DNA of 63,924 nucleotides, filler included, from Globobulimina sp. (GCA_003354225.1; 39 parts of 39 records of this genome joined end to end with filler, not necessarily neighbours in it), one strand, 5' to 3'; positions 22,993 to 36,385 are shown, counted from the whole stretch's first letter. Numbers and translations are program-made. The notes: generated from the sequence alone by a model not told the origin.

Positions 22993-24534
22993 TGGCGGAT
23001 GAAGGCGGTATGGCTGTCAATGCAAAGATAATCCATCATTTATTGAATAGGTTACACACTTTTAATGAATGGGGACAAATGAGTATACTCGAATTAGTCT
23101 CCAGATATAAGCCGACCGGACCCAACGCAAAGCCTGAAATATATGACATTATGGTATGTATATGATGTGTATCCTTGCACTCCACAGTAATCTTAGTGAG
23201 CTAAGGTTTTTTGCCATTTTTTGCTTAAACCATGGCATGTCATGTCGTCCTTTTAAAGTCTAAACTGTGTGTAAAAATACATAGAATTTGTTAGAAGACA
23301 GGCTACGACATAGTAACAGCGCCTTGGTGTTAGCCACAGCCAAAGTTTTTCTTAAGTTGACCGCCAAAATCCAGCACGTAAACCGCGAAGTCTATAAACG
23401 TATAAAAACACCATTATTGACCTTGATTTCCAACCCCAACCATGCCATCGCGTATCCCGTGGTGTCTCACGTCCAGTTATTAATCAGTCGCAACCCCTCC
23501 ATCTTCGCAGACTCCTATAAACATTTTTTTTGTCGCTACAACGACCCAGTCTGTGTGAAAGAAATCAAAGTCAAATGTTTAGCCAATTTGGCCTCCGATT
23601 CCAATGCACAGGACATCTTATCCGAATTATCAGAGTATATCACCGACGTCGACGTAGAAATCGCGCGTTTATCCATCCGCTCCATTGGCAAAATTGCCGT
23701 GGAGTGCGAGTCTGCTATGGAACAGGCCATCTATCACTTATTGACGTTTTTGGACATGAATTTGGATTATATCATTGCGGAGACCTCCGTTTGCATCAAA
23801 CAAATGTTACGCAAATACCCCTCGCAATATCACGACGTCTTGAACAAATTGAAAAATATCATGCGGAACGTGGAGGAAAATAAAGGCAAATGTGCCATCC
23901 TATGGATATTAGGTATGTACACTGCATACATTACATCCATTTATTTACATATACTATAATTAGGAGAGTATGGCGACAAATTCATCGAAGCGCCCTATAT
24001 TTTGGAACAATATATCGATAATTACGCAGATGAGCAGTCCTCCGATGTGAAATTAGAAATGTTGTCGGCGACAATGAAGTTATTTTTTAAAAAGGCGCCG
24101 GAGATCCAGGCGATGTTAGGCCGCTTATTGTTGGCCGCCTGCAACGACTATACCAAGATCGATGTGCGTGATCGGGGCGTCTTTTATTATAAATTGTTGC
24201 AATACGACATCGAGATAGCAAAGAACATCGTGTGTTGTCCGAAAATATCCGTCAACTCGTTTTTCGACCCTGCTCAGAATGATTTGAGCGATAAGATCTT
24301 CAACGAATTTAATACGTTGTCGGTTATTTATAAGAAGCCGGCGGAGCTATTCATTACCAATGACGCCTTCGACGCTGACACGCCGGCGCCGTCTGACAAT
24401 GATAAGGAAGACACGAAGGAAGATATTGAGACGCAATCACAGTCCGAAGAGCAGGCAGCGGCACCACCGCAGGAAGCGGAGGCAGAGCAGAAAGAGCAGC
24501 AGCAACCAAATGGGAATAATGAGAGCAATAATAA
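22993..24534 (+). CDS. AP4B1: AP-4 complex beta subunit, internal fragment, 3 exons
   Basis: FNEWGQ, NLLEDRLRHSNSALVLA, YKHFFCRYNDP, WILGEYG, APYILE, MKLFFKKAPE, DVRDRG. GT-AG introns 23154-23284 and 23913-23963. Confidence 0.9.
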
Positions 24535-24634
24535 NNNNNNNNNNNNNNNNNNNNNNNNNNNNNNNNNNNNNNNNNNNNTTAATTAATTAANNNNNNNNNN
24601 NNNNNNNNNNNNNNNNNNNNNNNNNNNNNNNNNN

Positions 24635-26176
24635 TATGGCTCGAATGGCCGCATCTTTTCCATCCATCTCGCTACTCGTGGGGACGGTGGGGCTTCTCGC
24701 CATCTATCCATCAAAGCTTTGAGCGCAATACAATCTGTATGTACGTCTATCTGAACGGTCCTTGCCTCAATGATCGCCTTGAATGTCTTGAATGCCCATA
24801 GCACTGCCAATGCTTCCTTTTCATGTGTACTATACATTCTTTCTGCTGCTGTAAAGGTCTTTGACTGATATGAAATAGGGACTTTTTCATCTCCAATCTG
24901 CTGAAATAACACTGCTCCCATAGCCACTCCGCTTGCATCGGTTTCGATTATAAACCACATTTTCTCCAACTCGATTACTTGATGTAACGCCGTCGTTCCG
25001 GCCAAATCGTCTTTTAACTTTTGGAATGCCATTCGTTGCTCATCACCCATCTTGAAGGTGGCATCCTTCTTGAGTAGACTGTTTAAGGGTCGAGCAGTTG
25101 CGGCAAAGTTTGGAATAAACCGTCGACAATAATTCATGGCGCCCATAAATGACATCAATTCTTTCTTATTTCGGGGCTCGCTCCATTCTCTCATTTTCTC
25201 TACTCGTCCAGCTGAGGGTAGGATCAATCCATTGTACAAATCATGTCCCAAATATGTCACTCTATTTGTTGCAAAATGACACTTTGATAACTTCACCAGT
25301 AGATGATATTCTCGCAATCTTTCGAACACCTGTCGTAAATGCTCCAAATGCTCCTCGAACGTCTCACTTGCTATCAATATATCATCCACGTACACGTCTG
25401 CGAAATCCAATCCCTCCAACACTGATGAGGTAAATCTTTGGAACGTTGCGCCAGAATTTGTCAAACCAAAGGGAAGAATCGTAAATTCGTATAGACCTGT
25501 TGTCGTCACAAATGCCGTCTTCGGTATCGCATCCTGATCCAACGGAACTTGCCAATACCCTGCCATCGCATCCAGTAATGTAAACCATCTATTCTTTGTA
25601 CCCATTTCTAACAAACGATCGATCCTCGGCAAAGGGAATGAATCCTTGACCATAACTTCGTTGACTTTTCTGTAGTCGACACAGAATCTGATGGTTCCAT
25701 CTTTCTTTCTGACCAATACCACTGGGCTTGCCCATGGCGAATTCGATGGTCGTATACTGCCTTCTTTGAGCATCTTTGTGACTTCTTCCCTTTCCATTTC
25801 TTGCCCCTTCTTCGATAACACGCGTGGTTTCTGCTTAATAGGCCCACTGGTCGTAATGATTGAATGCTTCACATCATTCGCTTTAGCTATCACTTCTTCT
25901 CGTTTGAGGGCAAACACGTCTGAGAATTCGTCGACCAGTGCACATAATTGTGCTCGTTGTTGATCCGTTAAATCTGGCAACATATCATCACTGAGTCCTT
26001 TCATCACTTTCTTTCGATGATCCTCCTCTCCTCCAGGCTCGACTTCTGTCACTTTGCATATTAAATCTGCCATTGCTTCATTGACTTCATACAAATGACC
26101 CAGAACGTCTCCTTTATTCCACCGAATCCGCTTGTTGCCATTGAACAATAACTTCACTTGTCCTTCTTTCACCACA
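24635..26176 (-). mobile_element. Ty3/gypsy LTR retrotransposon pol (RT + RNase H), internal fragment
   Basis: SPWASPVVLVRKKDGTIRFCVDYR, PFGL, YVDD, TDAS, EKEALAV, VHTD. Uninterrupted frame. Confidence 0.97.
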
Positions 26177-26276
26177 NNNNNNNNNNNNNNNNNNNNNNNN
26201 NNNNNNNNNNNNNNNNNNNNTTAATTAATTAANNNNNNNNNNNNNNNNNNNNNNNNNNNNNNNNNNNNNNNNNNNN

Positions 26277-27290
26277 CAAGGCTACTTTTTCCGTTATATC
26301 ACTGAATGTGGCCACATTAAATTCATTCATTAACTTTTGTCCTAACTTACCGCCAAAGCCTTGCAATTTTGTGAAGGCGCAATTGGATAATAACTGAGTC
26401 AGACCGCACGTCGGTAATACAGTCTGTCCGTTTGGTTTGTTCATCGAAGATATCATTTTGGCAAATTTTTTGTTGTGAGCAATGCCCGCTGAACATGTGT
26501 AACATAGCTCCGCCAACACTGCCATTCTTATTTGATGCACAATTTGCGAACAAATCATCAATTTAATATCTTGCTCATTGATTGGATCAAAGTCGCCGCC
26601 AATTACGTTTCCCATCCATTCGTTGCGGACAGTTCCATTGTTATTTTTATACTGCAAATCATATTTTTTGTTTACGACATCAGTTAAATCAATGTATGCT
26701 TCGTCGATGGAAGCTCTTTCGACCAATGGTGTGAATTTGCGGAATATGTCTAATATTTTAAAGTTTTCTTTCCTATAAAGTTGCAATGTGACTTTATATT
26801 TTTCATGGTATTCCTTGTTGAATTTGCCTGGGATTATTTCGCCGTTTTCATTGACAACATCGACATGGCATAATCTGGGCAAATAGAATTAAAACAAGTG
26901 CAGTTAAGGAATGATTAATAGATGTTACCTTATGTTGGGACATTTGTTTCGGATTTCAGTCAATGTGTCACCTCGTTTTACACCAAATTCTCTCGACTTG
27001 TAATTGACTGCAATGACGGCACCCCATTGTTGCACAGCCTTTGTGTGTACGTTAAATTGTATTTTGTTAATTTACAAAATGCATACCAATGGTATAGATG
27101 AGTGAATATTTTTTCTCTTTGCTTCAACCTATGGTTAATGCATTCATTTTTTTATTTTGCGGAGATTGATGATAATGTAGAAATAATTAACCTGAGCATA
27201 AAAGCAATCCAAATCGATTAAAGTGAGATATCTACGTCTATTATGCTCTAATTCTCGCGCTATGTCAATTTTGCTTGCTAACGATGCCAT
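26277..27290 (-). CDS. POLH: DNA polymerase eta (Y-family), 5' part, 4 exons
   Basis: LIDLDCFYAQ-VE, AVQQW, IAVNY, KVTLQLYR, ERASIDEAY, CSAGIAHNK, NKPNGQT, GFGGKLG. Introns 27129-27191, 27039-27086, 26875-26928. Confidence 0.92.
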
Positions 27291-27414
27291 TCTTATTAAA
27301 GATTTAAAAAATACTTAAAAAAACATTTTTGTTGGCCCATCCATCAGCAGAAGAGCAAATCAATAGATATTGTGACCACAAAGTAAATAGTAAACAATAG
27401 AACAAGACATTTAT

Positions 27415-27818
27415 TTATTTAATCAATATGGTATCAAATGCTTTATAAGCAATTAAATATTTATTTTTTACTTTATAAGACCGAATACACACATCGATGA
27501 TACTTGCATTTCCCATCACAATTTCCATAAAATGCCCAATTTTATCCAACTCCTTTTGCTGATTAACATCCTCCAAATCCACAACATTCTCAATTCCAAA
27601 AAATCTCTCCGCCTCTTTCCCTGCAAATATTACATTGATAATACAACCCGATGCGTCCTGAATGCATAAAACAAATTGCAATACAGGTTGACCATCGCAT
27701 TTATGCTCTGTGAACAGTTGAATATTTTGTGGATGATAATCAATACATTTCCCTCGAATTCTATACATGCAATGAATGTCCTTTATACTCAGCACACTTT
27801 TTATCAATGAATATGCCT
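27415..27818 (-). CDS. C-terminal OB fold, POT1/RPA-like, 5' partial
   Basis: YRIRGKCIDYHP..FVLCIQDASGCI....GKEAERFFGI..DVCIRSY resembles the POT1 C-terminal OB fold. Confidence 0.55.
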
Positions 27819-28030
27819 NNNNNNNNNNNNNNNNNNNNNNNNNNNNNNNNNNNNNNNNNNNNTTAATTAATTAANNNNNNNNNNNNNNNNNNNNNNNNNN
27901 NNNNNNNNNNNNNNNNNNCTAAGCGACAATAATATGTTTTTTCCTTTTCTTCTGGACAGGGTGGGACCTTTTCGAACTGGGCGGATCTGTTCGAAAAGTT
28001 TTTTAAATTTGCAGTACATATCGGAAAGCC

Positions 28031-28456
28031 CTATTGCAGCACGAAAATATTGACATTGTCGCCACCATTATCGGATTTATTTGCGAATTGAGCGAAGCTG
28101 ATAATTATATTGAATCTAAAGCTGCCATCATATTCATTGTCACCTTTATCCAGCAAAACTGTATTCACATTTTATTGCAAAACCTGGAGCGTTTAAATGA
28201 TGCCAATATTATGTACGTTAAGATATTTTTATAATTAATGTCCTTGCACAAAATTATAAAGACAAAAACATTTAAAAACAGTGTCAAAACGGGGTCGGAG
28301 AAGAAAGAAGTTGCAGTCGAAGAGGACGACTATGACTCACAAACAATGTTTGCAATCTTAAGTATTTTGGAGAATATATCTGAGATTGACATGGCTTTTT
28401 GCGTTGATGTTGTGGCAATGCAAATTATTTCGAATTTTATTAAAGAAAATTATTGA
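28031..28456 (+). pseudogene. CTNNBL1: Beta-catenin-like protein 1 fragment, frameshifted and truncated
   Basis: LLQHENIDI, LLQNLERLND, ILENISEI. GT-AG intron 28213-28281. Frameshift near 28418, after which similarity ends. Confidence 0.7.
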
Positions 28457-28469
28457 GATTGAAATACGT

Positions 28470-29348
28470 TTGATTGAGATTGAAATCTATCCCATTCGCT
28501 TAAAAAACAAATTGGAATGTTACGATTTCAGCATCAACACTGCCATCATACCGCTGAGCAGCATCACTGAGTTTTGTGACAGCGAGGACGAGGACAATAT
28601 TGCTATATGGTTTGGGGAGTACATTGTGGAGAATGGCTTGGATGAAATCGACGCCATTCGCGACATCAAAGTGCATCGCATCTTGCGAGTGCCCAAGGAA
28701 GCCACTTCGAGCAAAGAGTTGTATATCATACGTATACATCCCACTACTTATCATTTCTGGCGCTGCATCGAATTAATGATCAGATTGCCAAACTTTTACA
28801 TCGATACTGCGTTGATTGCGGCGCATATCGAGGACTATGACCATTGGCTCAATGTGCAGTATTTCAGCAACACGACGCATAGAAGCAACTTTGTCAACAA
28901 GTTTACTGAGATTGTCTCCGTTTATTGCAAGGATGTGAAGGATGTCCGAGCCATGCTGCATACGCTCGAGATATTAGAATTTAATCGCAAGTTTACAGCC
29001 ATTTTGTTGCAGTTAAAGGAGTTGAATAATGAGTTGATGAGTGCCATTCAGTCGACTGATAATCAGCAGATATTGGTTATATTTTCGTCGTATGGCTATC
29101 CGTTTTTGTTTGGCCTACGATCGGTGCAACAAAATAGCAATGATAATCATGGCAATGCGGCTGGGAACAGTGTGGAATTGTTAAGGTTGAGGAATATTAA
29201 CATGCAGTTACAAAATGAAAATAATAAGTTGCGAGTTGAGGTCGAAACATTGAAGGATTCGAAAACGAAATTGGCTGTAAATTCTGCGAAAGCGATCGAT
29301 CAGCTCAGAGCCTATTTATATAAATATCAGGAACCGCTAAATGATTAA
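28470..29348 (+). CDS. Hypothetical protein with C-terminal coiled coil, abutting the CTNNBL1 fragment
   Basis: Long ORF ending LQNENNKLRVEVETLKDSKTKLAVNSAKAIDQLR. Confidence 0.6.
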   Translation: MIEIEIYPIRLKNKLECYDFSINTAIIPLSSITEFCDSEDEDNIAIWFGEYIVENGLDEIDAIRDIKVHRILRVPKEATSSKELYIIRIHPTTYHFWRCIELMIRLPNFYIDTALIAAHIEDYDHWLNVQYFSNTTHRSNFVNKFTEIVSVYCKDVKDVRAMLHTLEILEFNRKFTAILLQLKELNNELMSAIQSTDNQQILVIFSSYGYPFLFGLRSVQQNSNDNHGNAAGNSVELLRLRNINMQLQNENNKLRVEVETLKDSKTKLAVNSAKAIDQLRAYLYKYQEPLND

Positions 29349-29561
29349 TAAAAATACACACTTATGATACGTTTCTTTTTTTTGTTGCTGTTTTTAATTC
29401 GTGTTTATTTGTTATTTTTTTTTGGCTGATTGGGTTTTTTTTTTGTTTGTTGATTGGTTTNNNNNNNNNNNNNNNNNNNNNNNNNNNNNNNNNNNNNNNN
29501 NNNNTTAATTAATTAANNNNNNNNNNNNNNNNNNNNNNNNNNNNNNNNNNNNNNNNNNNNT

Positions 29562-30895
29562 CATCAATTTGGCTTTCTACGAGGTCGTTCAACAGAGTTG
29601 GCCATGTTAGAAATTACAAATTCTATCCAGTCAGCTATGAATGACAAATTTCTGACATCCTTGATTTTGCTTGATATGTCAAAGGCCTTTGACTGTGTTT
29701 ACCATCAAATTCTACTAGCTAAACTTGAACGTTATGGTGTCATGGAAATGGAATTAAATTGGTTCCAATCTTATCTATCAAACCGAACACAATGTGTCAG
29801 AGTGGGGACTCAATTATCTACTTCTGTTCCACTATCAACAGGAGTGCCCCAAGGATCAATTTTGGGACCACTTTTATTCTTAATATTTGTTAATGATCTT
29901 CCATCTGTGATTGAACGATGTAAATTGACTATGTTTGCTGATGATATTCAATTGAGAACAAGCTTTCGGCCGTCCAATGTTCACAATGCATATGATGTGT
30001 TACAATCGGATTTAAATGCCATAGTAAATTGGTGCAAAACAAACTGTCTGAAAATAAATCCTAGAAAAACGCAAGTGGTTACTGTAGGAACCAGTCAAAA
30101 CCGTCGTATTTTACGTGAAATACCTCAGTTGACACTCTTCGATCAAGTTTTGGAAAATGTGTCACAAGCCAAAAACCTTGGAGTTATTTTTCACGAAAAC
30201 TTGAATTTTTTCCCTCATCTCAAATCAGTATCTGGACGTTGCAAACGTGATCTGTTTGCCATTAGCCGAGTAAAAGACTGTGTTCCAAAGAACATTATGA
30301 TTAAAACAATTGAAACAACTGTCTTACCTAAATTATATTATTCATCATCTGTTATTCACGCTGCTCCTGTCTCATATGTGGACCAGACCTTCCTTAGAGT
30401 AGTAAACTATGCTGCCAAGATGGTTCATGGCTTACGAAAGTATGATCATGCCACAGAGTCCAGAAAATCATTGCGTTGGTTTGATCCCCGGACAGAGCTC
30501 ACATACCGTACCCAACTTATGGCATACAAACTTTTCCTGGAACAAAATCCCATTGGAAACTTCACAATATCTGAAACTAGGCGTTCAAAACGCTTCTCGA
30601 CTGTGCCCAAATTTACTGTGCCCCTATTTCAAACTGATGTTGCTAAGAGGGCCTTTGATTATCGCGGCCCAACATTATTAAATGAAGCATGTGAGAAGCT
30701 AAATGTAGATTGCAGATCACCGATCACTTATTCAAGATTCAAAATATTATTGAAACAGTTTTATGACAACCAATTGTTCTAACTAGTCTATGTTGTAGTA
30801 TTGTGTATTATTTCTTCATTCTGTCTGTGTTCACTTCCTGTGTGTCATCTACTTATAAATGCGAGACGAGTTTGTATCTATGTATGTATGTATGT
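29562..30895 (+). mobile_element. Non-LTR retrotransposon (CR1/L2 group) RT and 3' end
   Basis: QFGF..RST, LDMSKAFDCV, GVPQGSILGPLLF, FADD, KNLGV, RKYDH. Stop at 30782, then 3' UTR and (TATG)n at about 30879-30895. Confidence 0.95.
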
Positions 30896-31202
30896 CCGGG
30901 TCCTTTCCAGAAAAATCGGCCCGACGGTTTTCGAAGATCTATATACCGATAGCTAGCTTATGGTCCGAATATCTACATAGGCCAAAAAAAAATTAAAAAA
31001 TTAAATGTTTAAATAAAAATAAATTAAAATTAAATATTTTTTTAAATTTCGTTTTTTCGAACAATTATCGACAGACTTTGAAACGTACATAGATCGAGAG
31101 CTNNNNNNNNNNNNNNNNNNNNNNNNNNNNNNNNNNNNNNNNNNNNTTAATTAATTAANNNNNNNNNNNNNNNNNNNNNNNNNNNNNNNNNNNNNNNNNN
31201 NN

Positions 31203-31984
31203 AAGGCCGGAGCTAGCCAGACATTTCGATACTGTTCTCTCTGTGTTGTACTGTCTCGACTTTTCAACCAATCCTCCTGCTCTTTCATGGAGGTAAAATT
31301 ATGCGCGTTGGGTCCCTGCAACACAGAGCCACCGAGTTTAGGAGCAGTATGTTGCTCAATTAATTGGTTAATCCAGTCAACATAATCTGCATTCTCCTGC
31401 TCATTCCATATGACATATTTGCCCTCACATTGGTCCATATACTCCTCGCATCCCAAATATGTGATTGCATCAATTGTTTCACGTTGACACCATTCGGTGA
31501 GTCCATTGCATTGAGGAGGCACAAACACCAATGATGGACACTGTGTGACACCAAACCGTTTTACTAAATCCCTTTCTGGCGTGAATTTGTACCATGTTCT
31601 TTTCGGTGCAGAGCCCAGATCATATTTTGCTGCAAATAAAAAGGCGCGAGAAGGCAATTTAAATTGCACAGAATCTTCAAAGTCTAAGGATTGATATTGT
31701 GCTGTACATTGCGCATGAAATGAATCATGGAATGCAACGATAGCCGGTGGTCTCATAAAATCTGGCGTGTCCCGTAAGTGTTCATCGAAAAACTCTGCAT
31801 CTACCAAATCAATAACGCGTCCGCTTGTTTCTAATTGAGGGGTCCATGAGGAGTGATCGTCGCTGATATATTTTGCTTTGGGGTCGGGTATTATGTGTTG
31901 GGTTGATGCGCCAGAAATAAATGAATAAACTGAGACAAAGCAAACGTTTGTATAAATAATAAGAAAAATAGTATAGAGTGACAT
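31203..31984 (-). CDS. Secreted thioredoxin-fold protein, 3' partial
   Basis: Signal peptide MSLYTIFLIIYTNVCFVSVYS; AIVAFH and DLVKRFGVTQCPSLVFVP. Confidence 0.55.
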
Positions 31985-32234
31985 TTTAAGTAGCGGTTGT
32001 GGTTGACTGTTTTTTACTGTAAAATGATAAAACATCTTCGACGACGTATTTCTGGGTTGGTCCAATTTTAATTACGTAATTTCGGTGGAGTTTGCATGTT
32101 TGTAAAAAAATTAAAGTAAAATAGTGAAATATACACTAAACAAATTAAACAAACACATAAAACCCATGTAAAAAAATAGGAATTTTATTTCCAAAATGAA
32201 CACTCAGCAAAAAAAATTAAATTTTAAAATTACA

Positions 32235-32744
32235 TCAAAAATCGAATGCACTCCAATTATTGGCATTGTTTATGTTGTTAAATTGGTTTTTATTGTGCAC
32301 TGTTTGTTGTTTGTTGCATGTTTGATAAAATTGCGGTGTTTGTTGTTGTTGCTGCGGATATTCAAAGGACGTAAATATATTATCTTGCTGTGGTTGCTTT
32401 GATTGCACAGCATTTGAATTGATTTTTGTTTCATTATTGCCATTGAAAAGATCCATTATATGTTGTTTTTGATTATTTTGTTGTGTACCAATATGATTTT
32501 GGTTATTAATATCATCAAAATCAAAGAATGGATCATTATCATCAAATAAAGTTTGTGTTGTGGACTCATTTAATTTTATACTATTTTTTCGTTGCTTATA
32601 ACTTTCATTTTTATCCCAATCAATCATCCATTCCTCATTCAAAAAATCTACATCTTCGCCTTCTTTCTCATCCATATTATTTTCCTCTTTTTTTGTCTTT
32701 TCCTTTTTCTTTTTCTTTTTTTTCTTTTTCTTTTTCTTTTTTTT
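32235..32744 (-). CDS. Low-complexity (K/E, N/Q-rich) C-terminus of an unknown protein
   Basis: DPFFDF and terminal WSAFDF, similar to adaptor-binding motifs of trafficking proteins. Confidence 0.5.
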   Translation of the reverse strand, partial: KKKKKKKKKKKKKKEKTKKEENNMDEKEGEDVDFLNEEWMIDWDKNESYKQRKNSIKLNESTTQTLFDDNDPFFDFDDINNQNHIGTQQNNQKQHIMDLFNGNNETKINSNAVQSKQPQQDNIFTSFEYPQQQQQTPQFYQTCNKQQTVHNKNQFNNINNANNWSAFDF

Positions 32745-33460
32745 NNNNNNNNNNNNNNNNNNNNNNNNNNNNNNNNNNNNNNNNNNNNTTAATTAATTAA
32801 NNNNNNNNNNNNNNNNNNNNNNNNNNNNNNNNNNNNNNNNNNNNTTATTGTGAGTTTGCAGCTTACACTGAAACAGAATATTTGTGAGATTCTCAAGGCA
32901 TTAATTATCTGAGTTAAGAAATGATTATGCAGCAAACTTTGCAATTTCTAAATATATAGAGGAACATAATTAATTAATATATTGTATAATTGTATTTATT
33001 TCAAATTTAACAGTGATTAATACATTGGTTTAGTACTTCCTCCAACGTCATTTTAAATGATATTGAAAACAGATTGAACATAATAATATCGATATAATTT
33101 GTTTTTATTTACAAATTTTATCGTATTTTTAGGCTGAAATGAGCTGCCCATTGCTATGTGGTGCCGGATTTATTTATATATTTGGCTGACCACTAAAATG
33201 GGATATGGACTCTTTATTGTTCATTATATGCATTTTCATACTAAATACAAAGCACATATCATTTCTTTTATTTTACAGTGTATCTTCGCGCATTTTAATT
33301 TAATATTAAATGAGTTGAATTAATAAATATTTTTATTATTGTAATTATTTTGTGATGAATGTGTTTGTGAGTTAATTTAAAATATTATCATTTTTGTTTT
33401 CAAGTTGCGAACTTTTTATTGTATATCCTTGCACATCGAACCAAAAACAGATATCATTGT

Positions 33461-34386
33461 TCATTGACATAACCACCAAATATATTTGCAAATGGCGACA
33501 AAATGTTTGCTTTCTTTCAATGAAATAGTACCAAATTGCCGATGTAGGCCATTACAAATAGCTTTCATCAGTTTAAAATTATCACAATCAGTATTTGTAA
33601 AGTATTTCTCTGAAAATGCAATTCGAGAAAGGTAATGTTTATCAAATTGGTGGCAATTATATGTCAGAAATATTTTAAGAATCTCATTTTCATGGCACAA
33701 ACCCACTGCGTTTGGCTCAAACAAATAAACCAAATCATAATTGGGAGTGCCATTATTTATGATTCGAATGCTAAGCCAATCAAAATCAAAACCATTTGAA
33801 TATAATTGCAAATATTTGTGTTGCAGATTGAAAATATTAATATCTGTTTGTTTTAAACCAGAATTAATATTCGAATGCTTTTTCTTTTTCAAATCCTTTG
33901 TAAATAATAAAAAATAGACAAAATGAGTTGTATCTGTATCTCCATCGGATTTATTTAACAATTTTAATAAATGCAACTCTTTCGGAGATAATAATATTTC
34001 GATGTTATATGGATCAATGCACCAAAATACGGACTGAGGCTTTATTCTTTTCATCAGCGCATCATACAAACTCTGGCCATTTGCTGCATTGCTTAAAGCA
34101 AAGAATTCCTCCACAGAAGAATGGAAAACATAGATGTTAATAGTTACGGTTCCAATCAGTTTCATATTGTTTTTGATCATCAAATAATTTGTTAGGTCAT
34201 CAAATAAGTGGTTTTGACAGATTTCAATCAATATGATACTGACACGAATATCTGACAGATTTAATACCGAGTCAACCATTATTTTGCTGCTTCCATCACA
34301 GATTTCTGATTGAGAGCAATTAACAAAATTGCCTGCATATGGATGGATTATCAGGATGTCTTGCCTCTGTTTATTGGATGCATTGA
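33461..34386 (-). CDS. Hypothetical protein, 5' partial
   Basis: Frame open for more than 300 codons to the contig end. No motif recognised. Confidence 0.55.
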
Positions 34387-34486
34387 NNNNNNNNNNNNNN
34401 NNNNNNNNNNNNNNNNNNNNNNNNNNNNNNTTAATTAATTAANNNNNNNNNNNNNNNNNNNNNNNNNNNNNNNNNNNNNNNNNNNN

Positions 34487-35664
34487 CTGAACTGTTTACG
34501 CTCTGGCACTGACTGTGGTGGCTATGGAAACTGTGCTCCTCGTACGAGTTTATAGAGGTTGACTCTCGTTGCAATTTATTATCCATACATATATGCGTAT
34601 GTGTATGCGTATGGGTATGTGACATGGATTCGTCGTCGTCATCATCATCATCTTCATCGTGTGGGTCATCCACTGCATAATCGAGCGGTGGCGGTATACG
34701 TATATCGATCTCCTGCTCTGTCTCTTTGTCCTCTGCGATATTATTGATCATTGATTGTAATCGATCCAAGCCATGTTGTGCATTACCTAAAGGAATACTA
34801 GATTTCTCTTCTTCTAATTCATCGTCAATCTCTTTCACTTCGTCGATGTCAGTGATATCAATCACGTACGATTCGTTGGTTACTTTCCTCCTCCGCCTAG
34901 CATATGTGTTAATTGATGTGATTTATATTTGTATTTGTAGAGAATGTTATTATTATACATATATACTATACATACAAATGTATTGACCTGTATTTCTTTC
35001 GCCGTATACCATTTTTATCTGTTTTTTGAGGCAAGTCTTGTGAGTTATTGCTTTCTACCGAGACAACACTATAGGCATCGGATGGGGTCATACTCTCTTG
35101 ATTGTGGTACATTTGCCGCATTGTGTTGGTGTTGATGGTGGTGGAGGTGCTGTTGGATCGATTTCTACGATTAAGTGGCTGTGGAGGGGCATTGGCATGC
35201 TTTTTTTTGGAGGATATGTGTTCGATGCGTATCTGGAATATTAAACGTTTGGGTTTTGAGTTTGTATTTTTGTGGTTTGGGATGGAGGATAATGAATATT
35301 TGGTATATTTGAGCATTGTGTCACAATCATCCAATAAAACGACTCTTTGCGGTGCGTGTTGGTTGCTTGAATTGGACACGAATGAGAAGGCAGGCGATGA
35401 GGAGTTGGATTGTTCAGTTTGACTGTTACTGGGCATATGGGACGGTTTTATGTGACTAAATGACGGATTTGCTAACAGTTTGAAGATAATGTTTGCGGGC
35501 AATGGTGGGGGATCACATGATTCCACATAACATTGTTTGATATAGGATACAGTGTCATGCGCATAGCAGGACGTGATGTATGTTCCACGATCATTAAATA
35601 TTTCACAAATTATAGGTACACTGCTGCAGTGTTGTTTGCAATTGTGTTTTTCACATGTTTTCAT
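34487..35664 (-). CDS. Hypothetical low-complexity protein, two exons, 3' partial
   Basis: Two ORFs separated by a putative GT-AG intron at 34897-34987. Divergent from the asparagine synthetase gene. Confidence 0.55.
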
Positions 35665-35824
35665 GCTAATATGCGTGTATCTGTATGGAAGTGTATGCTA
35701 AACTCGGTTAGTTTATTACTATTGAGACATTGATTGTTTAGGTTGCCCATGGCTTCATTAGACTCACCAAAAAAAACTTGATAATTGATGTTCGAAAAAA
35801 ACAATTCAGTAACTTTTTCAAGCA

Positions 35825-36028
35825 ATGTGCGGCATACTTTGCGTCCTTTTGTCTCAAAATGGTGCTTCCCACATCCACCACTCTAGAGTACAAACAATGG
35901 CCCGGAACAAATTGCTTCATCGCGGCCCGAATGGTTTTGGTGTTGTTTCTGGTAAAAACTATATTTTATGTCATTTACGATTGTCAATTGTTGGCGTAGA
36001 TGATATCGCTGCTTCGGCTCACCCGATA
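35825..36028 (+). CDS. Asparagine synthetase (glutamine-hydrolysing) family, N-terminus
   Basis: MCGI N-terminal nucleophile, HRGP, LCHLRLSIVG. Confidence 0.85.
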
Positions 36029-36128
36029 NNNNNNNNNNNNNNNNNNNNNNNNNNNNNNNNNNNNNNNNNNNNTTAATTAATTAANNNNNNNNNNNNNNNN
36101 NNNNNNNNNNNNNNNNNNNNNNNNNNNN

Positions 36129-36333
36129 GTTGCCCTGTCTCTCCTCTTTCGAAATGGCGCGGAAATTACCAAATGCGCGGCATTGCTGTGATATCTATTC
36201 GTCGCATGCCACGATACTGGAAAATCCGGAAAGTTGCGTCTATGAAATTGTGTCCTTTATAAACAGCACGCAAAAGAACAAAACATCCAATTTTTATAAA
36301 GCAAAACGCAGCAAAATGAGCAATGCAATTTGA
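36129..36333 (+). CDS. alpha/beta hydrolase C-terminus
   Basis: MARKLPNA..SSHATILENPE..EIVSFI matches the catalytic-His segment. Confidence 0.6.
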
Positions 36334-36385
36334 ATGTTACATAGACGGACATTAATTTAATAAAACAAGTCATTTCAAGTTATAT

